From the NCBI GenBank assembly GCA_021498095.1, contig JAIZWK010000001.1:3660001-3692000 (forward strand): DNA of 32,000 nt. The letters run 5' to 3'. The notes beneath the pieces were generated by a model. That model worked only from the letters and a program-made list of their open reading frames with translations, did not search any database and was not told the origin of the DNA. The stretch's first letter is position 1. Each line of letters begins with the position of its first letter. This stretch comes from Candidatus Harpocratesius repetitus. GTDB lineage: Archaea > Asgardarchaeota > Lokiarchaeia > Sigyniarchaeales > Promethearchaeaceae. Positions 1-8,437 of the stretch are shown piece after piece. The position numbers and the translations under genes were made by a program.

Positions 1-52
1 CTGAATGATTTGGTCGAGAGAAGGATTTCGATTTAATATCTATTGTAAACAT
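1..52 (-). CDS. 5' fragment of probable ABC transporter ATP-binding subunit (runs off window start)
   Basis: ATG at 52 on the minus strand, just after the permease stop (67), opens MFTIDIKSKSFSRPNHS, which stays open to the window edge. The position and the I-x-I-x-x-K-S-F start fit a NitT/TauT ATPase. Only 17 codons are visible. Confidence 0.45.
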   Translation of the reverse strand, partial: MFTIDIKSKSFSRPNHS

Positions 53-66
53 TTTGAACACACAGG

Positions 67-870
67 TTAGTTTTCTGAATTATATTTCCAAGCCAATGAA
101 TACTTCTCAATTAAAAAAAAGATAAAATTGATCAACAAACCCACAATAGCAATCATAAGCATACCTGCAACCATATGTGAGTAATAACCAATATTTTTCA
201 TATAATTTATAAAATAACCAATACCTGCACCAGATATACCCATCATTTCAGCAGCAATCACACACATCCAACCAACACCTACAGCAACTTTTGTACCTGT
301 TAGCATATTGGGAGTTATTGAAGGAAGAATTACATTCCAAATAACTTGAATTTTATTTGCTCCTAAAGATCGTGCAACATCTTGATAAACAACATTACTT
401 TGTCTTACTCCATCATATACATTTTGAAAAAGTGGAAAAAACGCACCGATAAAAATAATAAATGCATTAGAAGTAGTTGTTAATCCAAAAGTAATGATCG
501 CAAAAGGGATCCATGCAATTGGAGGAATAGGGCGAATCATCTCAATAATTGGTTGAAAAATATGATCTAAAAATGGTGTGAGTGCCAAAACAATTCCAAG
601 TGGAACTGCAATAATCCAAGCATAAAAAACACCAATAAATACTCGAATAAGACTTGCAATTACATGAGTTAGAAGAGTTTGGCCATCTATTGGAGTATAA
701 AGCAAAAGAAAGAATGATTTGAACGCTTCATGAGGATATGGAACAACTCGTGTTCCTTGAGTAAATAATTGAAGAATAATAACAAAGAAATACCATGAAG
801 CAATAAATATTACGAATCCTGCGATATAATATAAAATAATCTTGAATTTACTACGATTTTTTAGTTTCAT
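67..870 (-). CDS. NitT/TauT (SsuC/TauC-like) ABC transporter permease
   Basis: Multiple TM helices with the motifs SLIRVFIG, RPIPPIAWIP, VARSLGA (EAA loop) and VIAAEM. Confidence 0.92.
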   Translation of the reverse strand: MKLKNRSKFKIILYYIAGFVIFIASWYFFVIILQLFTQGTRVVPYPHEAFKSFFLLLYTPIDGQTLLTHVIASLIRVFIGVFYAWIIAVPLGIVLALTPFLDHIFQPIIEMIRPIPPIAWIPFAIITFGLTTTSNAFIIFIGAFFPLFQNVYDGVRQSNVVYQDVARSLGANKIQVIWNVILPSITPNMLTGTKVAVGVGWMCVIAAEMMGISGAGIGYFINYMKNIGYYSHMVAGMLMIAIVGLLINFIFFLIEKYSLAWKYNSEN

Positions 871-886
871 TCCTTAAAACTTCCAG

Positions 887-1528
887 TTATTTTTCATTCG
901 TTTTATCGTTTTGTGTGATTATCATATAAAAACTTTCGTTTCGAAGCGAGATTTGGCAATGACAATTAATTGGGGGTTTCTCCAGCACAGTTTTAAAATA
1001 TTCACTCCAATAAATTCCATATGTTTTTTGATTAAAATGATAAAAAAACGTTATTTCAAATTTCTTTGCATAAAATTCATCCGATTCGGTTTCATCTTGT
1101 GCTTTTATCTGAACCTTCCAAAAATAATTTCCTGCAATCCATATTTGCTTAATCGCGATAAGGATCTCATAAAGAGTTAAGCGATTAATCGGTCTATTAT
1201 CATAAAACCATTCAATTAGTTCAATACAATTGTTGTTTTCTTGAGGTTCAGTTGGAATCTTATCGATATAGGAAAGAAAAGTAGTTCGTCCTACAGCTAA
1301 CATATTGAAATCTGATCGCATTAAGTGCCAAAGTTGATATTCATCTAAATTACTTTTTTTTAAATCATCTAGCATATGTACACGAATTTTTAAGAGTTTT
1401 AAAGCTTCTTCAATAACATTTGAAATTGTACCGTACTGAAGAGCCAATTGTTTTAGTGCTTCATAAGTCGAATCGGAAACAGTTGTATGAAGATGTTTTT
1501 TTTTTATAGAATTTGTGGATGATGGCAT
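887..1528 (-). CDS. Putative transcriptional regulator: N-terminal ribbon-helix-helix plus uncharacterised C-terminal (possibly ligand-binding) domain
   Basis: N-terminal LHTTVSDSTYEALKQLALQYGTISNVIEEALKLL has the RHH strand-helix-helix pattern. It is the first gene of the permease operon and is divergent from the binding protein. Confidence 0.55.
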   Translation of the reverse strand: MPSSTNSIKKKHLHTTVSDSTYEALKQLALQYGTISNVIEEALKLLKIRVHMLDDLKKSNLDEYQLWHLMRSDFNMLAVGRTTFLSYIDKIPTEPQENNNCIELIEWFYDNRPINRLTLYEILIAIKQIWIAGNYFWKVQIKAQDETESDEFYAKKFEITFFYHFNQKTYGIYWSEYFKTVLEKPPINCHCQISLRNESFYMIITQNDKTNEK

Positions 1529-1533
1529 ATTAA

Positions 1534-1641
1534 TCGATATAATTTCAAATTATTTTCAAGAATATATAACATTTTTGTTTTTCATGTATTTATGTGAACA
1601 CAATGGTTCAAATATGCTCAACACCATCATTATTATATCGA
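1534..1641. promoter_or_regulatory. Candidate operator sites in the divergent regulator/binding-protein promoter
   Basis: ATTATATCGA lies on the sense strand upstream of both divergent starts (1534-1543 minus, 1632-1641 plus). A central palindrome TGAAC-N6-GTTCA lies at 1595-1610. Confidence 0.35.
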
Positions 1642-1660
1642 AAAAAAGAAGTGTTTTAAA

Positions 1661-2668
1661 ATGATTTCACGAAAAAGTATGGTTTTTCTCATCTTGGGAA
1701 TCGTAATGGTTGCAGGAATTGGCATCGGAATTTACTATTATGATCAAAACAATGCCGATGTGCGTATTGGTTATTTAGAAGGAGATCTTCACCAACTTGC
1801 TTTTTATGTTGCGCGCGAACAAGGATTGTATCAGCAAGAAAATATCAAAATTCAAAGCGTTGCATTTAGTAATGGTGGGGATGTAATGACTGCATTTGAA
1901 GCATCTAACCGTGGCATTGACATGGCGTATTTTGGTTTCGCACCTGCACTTTTTCATCGATTTACAAATCAAGCAGCAAATATTACCATTTTGGCTGGTG
2001 TAAATGTTAATGGGTCAGCACTGATTGTTAAAAATGATCCTAATATCCAAACAGGAGAAGATCTAAAAGGTTTAACGATTGCAGTGCCTTCAAGACATAA
2101 TATGCAAGATTTCATTTTGAGTATGATTTTAAATCAATCTGGGTTAACTTATGCAGATATTAATTTAACCGTGGGAATGGCACCATCGAATATGGTGCTA
2201 GCATTACAAGAAGGCTCAATTGATGGATATATTGCATGGGAACCTTATTGTATTAAAGGTACTGAAAACAATATTGGGAAATACTTATATAGAAGTAGCG
2301 ATGTTTGGCCAAATCATCCTTGTTGTATTATTGCATCATATAATGATTTTCTAAATTCTGATATTAGCACAGTTAAAAAAGTTTTAAAAGTGCATAAAGA
2401 AGCCACTGAATGGATTTTAAATAATTGGAATGAAGCTAAACAGATTGCAATGGATAAAATGAATTTATCCGAAGAACAAGCAGCTCTTGCAATGGCAAAT
2501 ATAGGTTATGTATATCAAATGGATCTCGCACAAATGGAATTATTTGTGCAAAAATTGGTAAATTTAAATGATTTGATCAGTTTAGATTCACCAAATATTC
2601 CAAGTGGATCAACTACTACAACTTTTATTAAATGGTTTGTCGATCCATCGATATTAGCATCTGTATAA
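1661..2668 (+). CDS. NitT/TauT family ABC substrate-binding protein (SsuA/NrtA/CmpA-like), membrane anchored
   Basis: N-terminal hydrophobic anchor and motifs GYLEGDLHQLAFYVA, GSALIV, IAVP, WEPY and WPNHPCC. Confidence 0.9.
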   Translation: MISRKSMVFLILGIVMVAGIGIGIYYYDQNNADVRIGYLEGDLHQLAFYVAREQGLYQQENIKIQSVAFSNGGDVMTAFEASNRGIDMAYFGFAPALFHRFTNQAANITILAGVNVNGSALIVKNDPNIQTGEDLKGLTIAVPSRHNMQDFILSMILNQSGLTYADINLTVGMAPSNMVLALQEGSIDGYIAWEPYCIKGTENNIGKYLYRSSDVWPNHPCCIIASYNDFLNSDISTVKKVLKVHKEATEWILNNWNEAKQIAMDKMNLSEEQAALAMANIGYVYQMDLAQMELFVQKLVNLNDLISLDSPNIPSGSTTTTFIKWFVDPSILASV

Positions 2669-2835
2669 ATCATTTTTTATTATTTTTCGTATTTTCAATT
2701 TATTTTCTAATTTTTCATCATTTTTGTAGTGTTAATATTCAATAATGGGTCAATCATTTAAGATCTTTCCAAATATGAACGATATTGAAAGATAACTTTA
2801 ATATTCTTCAAACCTAAAAGATTACTAGAAAAAAA

Positions 2836-3288
2836 ATGGGAATCTTAGTAACAGGGATTATTTTCAAAGGGACCATATTAGTCGACAAAAAGTTCTATCC
2901 AGAGGAAGGGTTTATCTCAGAAGAAATGCTTGGTGATTTATTTAACGGAATCTTTAATTTTGTTAATCAAACGTTTCATGATGATTTGAATAAATTTTCG
3001 ATCGGAAATTTCCCTATTTTGTTAATTTCTCGAAAACTTCCTTCAATTGGAGAACAAGCTTCAAATGATCCCCCAATTCTTATCTTTAGTATTATTGAAA
3101 AGGATACAAACGAAAAACCCGTAATTGATGCAATGAATTCAACCTTAGATCAATTTTTTAATAGATATAGCAATTTTGATATTAAATCTTTAAAAATTAA
3201 AAAATTCAAAAAATTCGCAAAAAGAATGGAAGAAATCTTTAGTGATTTAGCTTTAAAATTAGAGGATCGTTTTAAAGCGCTCTACTAA
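2836..3288 (+). CDS. Longin-like domain protein (Asgard eukaryotic-signature-type fold)
   Basis: 150 aa with longin-type topology: beta-beta (GIIFKGTILV), helix (LGDLFNGIFNFVNQTF), beta-beta-beta, helix (IDAMNSTLDQFFNRY), helix (FKKFAKRMEEIF). Confidence 0.6.
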   Translation: MGILVTGIIFKGTILVDKKFYPEEGFISEEMLGDLFNGIFNFVNQTFHDDLNKFSIGNFPILLISRKLPSIGEQASNDPPILIFSIIEKDTNEKPVIDAMNSTLDQFFNRYSNFDIKSLKIKKFKKFAKRMEEIFSDLALKLEDRFKALY

Positions 3289-4557
3289 GATTTTCCCTGT
3301 AATTTTTTCTTCATCCAGCACTTCAATTTTAGGATCCCATGTTAAACCTTGAATTCGACAGTCATGCCAGAATATTTTGAAAGCTGAATGATAATGATGC
3401 AAAAATTCAAAGTAGGGTTGAAGTGAAATATGTTGCCAGCGTGAAAATAAACATACTCTGATTCTTTTGTTTACATACTTAATATCATAAATACAAATAG
3501 GTGCAAATCCATTCTCAAGTAATATTTTCATTAGTGTTAAATTTGCTATCATGGATTCTTCCTTTGAAAAATCAGATATTTGTAAAGTTACATTAATAGA
3601 CTTCATTCGATTTTCGATCAATTCCAAAAAATTTAACGATTCTACAGATTCTATGGCAATAGCTAGGTGATCTTTATCGGGTGCAGCTAATTCAGAATAA
3701 AAGAAGGCATTTTCTATGCTATGTCGAATGATTTTCGCAGATTTAAAGTCACCAAAAATTTTCAGATATGGTTTTATTACCGTCCAGCTGTACTTTCGAT
3801 TTTCAAACTTAATGTAATGATCTTCTGTAATATCGATAGAATGGAATACAGGTTCGAGATCAGGCCGAAATTCTGTTTGAAATATTTGAAATCCTTTTAT
3901 TTTAGCGATATTTGGAAGAAAAATCTTCTTTTTAATGATTTTATCTAAAGTTGGCCAAGCATCGTAGAAAAGTCCAAATTCTAAAAGAAAATTACCTTGT
4001 TCATCTTTATTTGCGATATAATGAGATAAAAATCCTTTGGGATATGCAACATTTACAATTTTTCCTTGAGCATTCGGCATCTTGCCTCTTTGAACTTGAA
4101 GTTGAGTTGTTGCAGATGCCATACGAGCAGAGAGATAAAAAGGATTACCTTGACGAAGAAAATAATACGCAAATTCTCTAATTCGTCTAGCTTCAACAGA
4201 TTGATAACCCATTTTTCTATATTTTTTAGAAATTAAGGACAATCCCAATTCAATATAATCAACATTTCTCTCATGAAAAAGATAAAGTGCGATTGTTCCG
4301 ATCATATCTTTCTTTTTTTCATGATAAAAAACACATAAAATCATACCAGAATCAAAATTGACAGTGCCGGGAAAAAAATCGTATGTGTCTTCTATTAATT
4401 TCATAACATCTTTCTTAATTTTTTTTAGAGCTTCTTCTTCAGATGAGAAAATCGGCTCATAATCATAAGCATGACCATTAATTATATCAATTATATGAAG
4501 GTTTTTGTGCTTTTCCTTACGAATTTGATGTAATGCCTCTATTGACCATTCTTTCAT
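3259..4557 (-). CDS. GNAT-fold protein, probably tandem GNAT domains
   Basis: IGTIAL...IELGLSLISKKYRKMG is an acetyl-CoA-binding motif A. The C-terminal LLENGFAPI resembles motif B of a second GNAT domain. The 3' end overlaps the convergent longin gene by 30 nt. Confidence 0.55.
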   Translation of the reverse strand: MKEWSIEALHQIRKEKHKNLHIIDIINGHAYDYEPIFSSEEEALKKIKKDVMKLIEDTYDFFPGTVNFDSGMILCVFYHEKKKDMIGTIALYLFHERNVDYIELGLSLISKKYRKMGYQSVEARRIREFAYYFLRQGNPFYLSARMASATTQLQVQRGKMPNAQGKIVNVAYPKGFLSHYIANKDEQGNFLLEFGLFYDAWPTLDKIIKKKIFLPNIAKIKGFQIFQTEFRPDLEPVFHSIDITEDHYIKFENRKYSWTVIKPYLKIFGDFKSAKIIRHSIENAFFYSELAAPDKDHLAIAIESVESLNFLELIENRMKSINVTLQISDFSKEESMIANLTLMKILLENGFAPICIYDIKYVNKRIRVCLFSRWQHISLQPYFEFLHHYHSAFKIFWHDCRIQGLTWDPKIEVLDEEKITGKILVERFKTIL

Positions 4558-4972
4558 TAAAACCTAAAAAGTTAGAAAAGTTTTAAAAGATTTAGGTCTA
4601 TAACTGGTGCAATTCTAATAATTTATTAAAATAATAAGAAAAATGAAGATAAGAGCTTTTATCAACATTTGATAGATTGATAAAAAAATAAAAATCATGC
4701 ATAATTTACGCATTTACCAACATTCCATCCAAATTTGAAATTTGTCGATCAGAAATTTAGAACTTTTTTTATCAAATTCAACTATAATATGATTAAAAAT
4801 AGTCAAAAATCGACCCATAATTATATTTTTTAAAGTTCATTTTTGCCGACTGAAATAATTCTTGGATAGAATTGATTATTGTCGGAAAATGAAAGATTAA
4901 AATGGCAATTCAGTCAAAAATAAAGAAGTTGCTAGAACCTCATAAAAGACAAAAAAGTATAAAAAAATAATT

Positions 4973-5833
4973 TTAGTCGTTTTCAGGTTCTTTTCTTAAA
5001 CCAAAGGCCAGAAAAAGAGCACCAGGGATTGTAAATAATAATTGGAACCATAATCCAATATTACGAGCAACAACAGATGATCCAAAGGTATTAGCAATAA
5101 AAGCACCAATTAATTGAAGATCAAAAAACAGAATTCCAATTATATTTCGGAGATATTTCTTGCTATATTTATTTTTACCCATTTTTTTAGTAATTTTAGT
5201 TGAGTAATACAAGATAAAAATAAAAACAATCTGGGACATGATTATAAAATATCCTCCTAAATATATATTATAATAAGGAACTATCGAACTCTGATTTGGA
5301 GAAGGATGTTCTGCCCAAGTAATTCCTAAAATAGATTCTCCGCCAATATTAAAGGGAATAAAACCAATTATAAATATACCTATTAAAATTAAGGCATAAA
5401 GAAGAACAACTATTAATTGACGTTTTTTATTGAATATTTTAGTTGAGAAAAACAATATTAAATTAAAATTTAACAAATGAATTCCTGCAATTGTTGTTAA
5501 ATATAATGTTATTAAGTTCAATACGGAAAAAATAACTACATCTTGAGAATTTTCAAATGATAATACACCCAATAATTCTAATAATCGATAAATGAAGTTG
5601 ACAGTTAATCCTAACGCAGTAAAAATAAAATATAACGATAGGGATATTGCTAATCTATTTCGATTTCGATGAAGAAGCATAATACTTATTCCTAAAAAAA
5701 TCAGAATAATAATTCCACCAATAACTAAACTTTGGATTGCTGGTGATTCTGCTGTTTGAACTAGCATATTATAATCTTGTATGTATGAGAATTTAAAATC
5801 TCTTATTTGCCCAAATTTGTATAGATATCTCAA
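4973..5833 (-). CDS. Seven-transmembrane membrane protein of unknown function (likely true start ATG at 5767)
   Basis: Seven hydrophobic segments counted and no cytoplasmic output domain. A TTTTAAA TATA-like element lies about 26-32 nt upstream of ATG 5767. Confidence 0.65.
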   Translation of the reverse strand: MRYLYKFGQIRDFKFSYIQDYNMLVQTAESPAIQSLVIGGIIILIFLGISIMLLHRNRNRLAISLSLYFIFTALGLTVNFIYRLLELLGVLSFENSQDVVIFSVLNLITLYLTTIAGIHLLNFNLILFFSTKIFNKKRQLIVVLLYALILIGIFIIGFIPFNIGGESILGITWAEHPSPNQSSIVPYYNIYLGGYFIIMSQIVFIFILYYSTKITKKMGKNKYSKKYLRNIIGILFFDLQLIGAFIANTFGSSVVARNIGLWFQLLFTIPGALFLAFGLRKEPEND

Positions 5834-5948
5834 TTTTTGGGTACAGCTGAATATTCCTTAATCTTCTTTTTATTCTTTGGAAATAAAAGAATAAGAAAAT
5901 TCCATAAAAAATAGAATTTTGTCCATATTCAAGCCTATATTTCTTTAA

Positions 5949-6740
5949 TTATACACTTTTATTTTTAAAACATTGATTCAAAATAAGACTAGCATAAACA
6001 GCAGCACCAAATCCATTATCAATATTAACAACAGCTAATCCAGGAGAACATGATTGTAACATTGTAGTAAGGGCACCTATGCCTTTTTCTCCTAAACCAT
6101 ATCCCGTTGATGTAGGAACACCAATCACAGGCACATCTACAAGCGATGCAACCACTCCAGGCAGAGTACCTTCCATACCAGCAACACATATTATTACATT
6201 TACATTTTTTGAAATCATTTCAATTAAAGGAGGAAAAATGCGATGCATTCCTGCAATCCCAATATCATACGAAGTAAAGGACGAATAACCCATATAATGC
6301 AAGATCAGCCGTGCTTCTTCGGCCACTTGTCGATCTGATGAACCTGCGGTAATAATTCCAACTAAACCTTCATGTTTGGGAATAGAATAGGAATCTTCGA
6401 TTATCAATGCAATGCGACCTTCTGGATGTGGATAATAATCAACTCCAACTAAATTTGAAAAATTTTCTTCAAGAATTTTATATTGTGAAGAGGCTACCCG
6501 CGATAAGAGTGCAAAATGATTATTTTCCAATATTCGTTTTGTGATTTTAATCAAAGTTTGATCATCTTTAGTTTCTGAGAAAATAACTTCAGGAATACCA
6601 GTGCGGTGATGACGACGAAGATCTAATTGTGCCAAATTATCCAGATTCTCAATATAATCTAATTTGATCGTTTTTTCTGCATCTGTAATATTTACAATTC
6701 CTTTCTTTACTTGCTCAAGAATTTCCCGTAAGGATGCCAT
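5949..6740 (-). CDS. larB: Nickel-pincer cofactor biosynthesis protein LarB (AIR carboxylase/PurE-like family)
   Basis: Motifs LDLRRHHRTGIPEVIFSETK, TAGSSD, DIGIAGMHR, AGMEGTLPGVVA, VPTSTGYG and NIDNGFGAA. Confidence 0.92.
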   Translation of the reverse strand: MASLREILEQVKKGIVNITDAEKTIKLDYIENLDNLAQLDLRRHHRTGIPEVIFSETKDDQTLIKITKRILENNHFALLSRVASSQYKILEENFSNLVGVDYYPHPEGRIALIIEDSYSIPKHEGLVGIITAGSSDRQVAEEARLILHYMGYSSFTSYDIGIAGMHRIFPPLIEMISKNVNVIICVAGMEGTLPGVVASLVDVPVIGVPTSTGYGLGEKGIGALTTMLQSCSPGLAVVNIDNGFGAAVYASLILNQCFKNKSV

Positions 6741-6850
6741 TATGATTCAAAAATCTTGTGTAGAAATTAAATATATTTAAAATAAGTAATAATTCAAAAA
6801 AAGAAAAGAAATGGTAATACTTCTGCAAATTTCATAATATCTATATTTGA

Positions 6851-8182
6851 TCACTCAAATTTTGAAAGAAAATGAGAATCACTAGAAGAATTAACTTTTA
6901 CTGGAACCCGAAAAACTGTGGAGTTGATAACAGATTCAGGGAAGAATCGCAAATATTTGGTTAATGCACTTAATGTATGTTGTGTATAATCATTTCGCAT
7001 GGTCATATTATCTGAATACTCAAAACTGTGTCGAAATCCCCCAAAAGCTCGTTCAGGATGTGTTAAATTCATTGCCTTACATTGATCATATCGCATTTGT
7101 AGTGATAGAACCCATTCAATCCCAATCCGCATTCTATATTCGTAATTTGCCATTCTTGTCGTATCATTCGCCATTTTTGCAGCTGCGTAACAATCCCCAA
7201 GTCCTTCTAATGTTGATGAAACAGCAACACTTCGACTAATGCAACCAAGTAAGTTATTTCCAAATTTATCATAGTATTCAAAAATATTTTGGCTTTTTAG
7301 TCGATGATCAATCATCTTAAATGCAAAATCAGCATAAGTATAGTTTCCAGTGATTTGGTATAATTCTGAAAAAGCAGAAGTACTCCAAGGGATAAAAGGA
7401 GTATTTTCTGATGCATAATAATCAAAATTATCTAAATTATTGTAATATACATAAGCTTTTTGTAAGGCAGTTAAATACTTATTATCTCCTGTTAATTTAT
7501 AAACAAGGGTTAAACCCAGTAGACTTTCTGAAGGATAAAAAGGATTATCTTCCCCTCCATTTACGATTCCGTTGTAAATATACATAGAACGAATTTTTCC
7601 ATTGCTTTCTTGCATCCAAAGAAGAAAATTACTTAATTTACTAATATAAGTATCATAACGAGGATCTCCAGTTAGCTGTCTATATTGGGTTAAAGCCATT
7701 AATGCTAGTGCTGGTCCACCGGAAGATGAAGAATATTGGTAAAAGAAATATCCAATGCTAGAATCGTTTTCAAATGTGGTGAAATATTTCAAACCCCAAT
7801 CAATGGTTTTGCGAACTGCTTTCAAAAGCTCAGGATAAGGATTATGTTGGTAATAATAAATCATTGAGTAAACCGATCCCCAATGTCGAAGATAAGAATA
7901 TGATGAACTGTAAGAATCTTTATCAAGATAATAAATATATCGATATGAACCATCAGATCGAACAATTCGGATAAACCAATCACTGGCCCATTCTGCTGCA
8001 TTTTCAACGGTTAGTTCTTGAGCATTTATAGGATATTCCCAATTAGAATCTATTAAAGTATATTGCTCTAAATAGCTATAAGTATAGCTACCAGCAAAAC
8101 CCAAAATTATTAAAAAAGTTGCAATCTGATATTTTCGAGTTTTTATGAAATGTATAAATCCATGCAATTTCTTTTTCACCAT
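6851..8182 (-). CDS. Membrane-anchored extracellular (alpha/alpha)6-toroid protein (glycosidase/epimerase/prenyltransferase-like fold)
   Basis: N-terminal TM anchor, repeated helical hairpins (ALMALTQY, LWMQESNG, SLLGLTLVYKLTGDNKYL), YLRHWG and C-terminal GGFR...DYTQH motifs. Confidence 0.6.
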   Translation of the reverse strand: MVKKKLHGFIHFIKTRKYQIATFLIILGFAGSYTYSYLEQYTLIDSNWEYPINAQELTVENAAEWASDWFIRIVRSDGSYRYIYYLDKDSYSSSYSYLRHWGSVYSMIYYYQHNPYPELLKAVRKTIDWGLKYFTTFENDSSIGYFFYQYSSSSGGPALALMALTQYRQLTGDPRYDTYISKLSNFLLWMQESNGKIRSMYIYNGIVNGGEDNPFYPSESLLGLTLVYKLTGDNKYLTALQKAYVYYNNLDNFDYYASENTPFIPWSTSAFSELYQITGNYTYADFAFKMIDHRLKSQNIFEYYDKFGNNLLGCISRSVAVSSTLEGLGDCYAAAKMANDTTRMANYEYRMRIGIEWVLSLQMRYDQCKAMNLTHPERAFGGFRHSFEYSDNMTMRNDYTQHTLSALTKYLRFFPESVINSTVFRVPVKVNSSSDSHFLSKFE

Positions 8183-8280
8183 ATATGTTCTCTTTCAATT
8201 AACTTTTTAAAATTTTTGCATGATAAAGGAATTTTTTTCTGTTTTATTTAATATAAAGCTTGTTTATTTAAATAAAATAA

Positions 8281-8322
8281 AATCTACATAAACTCTATAT
8301 ATCGAACTGTAATCTACATAAA
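8281..8322. repeat. 12-bp direct repeat AATCTACATAAA x2 (30-nt period)
   Basis: Exact copies at 8281-8292 and 8311-8322 in the divergent promoter upstream of iorA. Confidence 0.6.
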
Positions 8323-8437
8323 GTTTTGGAACTTTTAAGGACATTTTTTCACATGAAATAAAATCTCATTAAGCTGTTAATGTTTTTTTGAGAGAAATGC
8401 GAACTATAAGATAAAATATATATTTGAAGACATTTAT

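Noticed and set aside
4836-4893. Hairpin as a SECIS element or C/D-box sRNA (UGAA/UGAU, CUGA)
   Set aside because: The motifs are on the plus strand where no gene is transcribed, the helix and apical AA geometry do not fit, no full C and D box set exists, and no in-frame UGA selenoprotein candidate was seen nearby.
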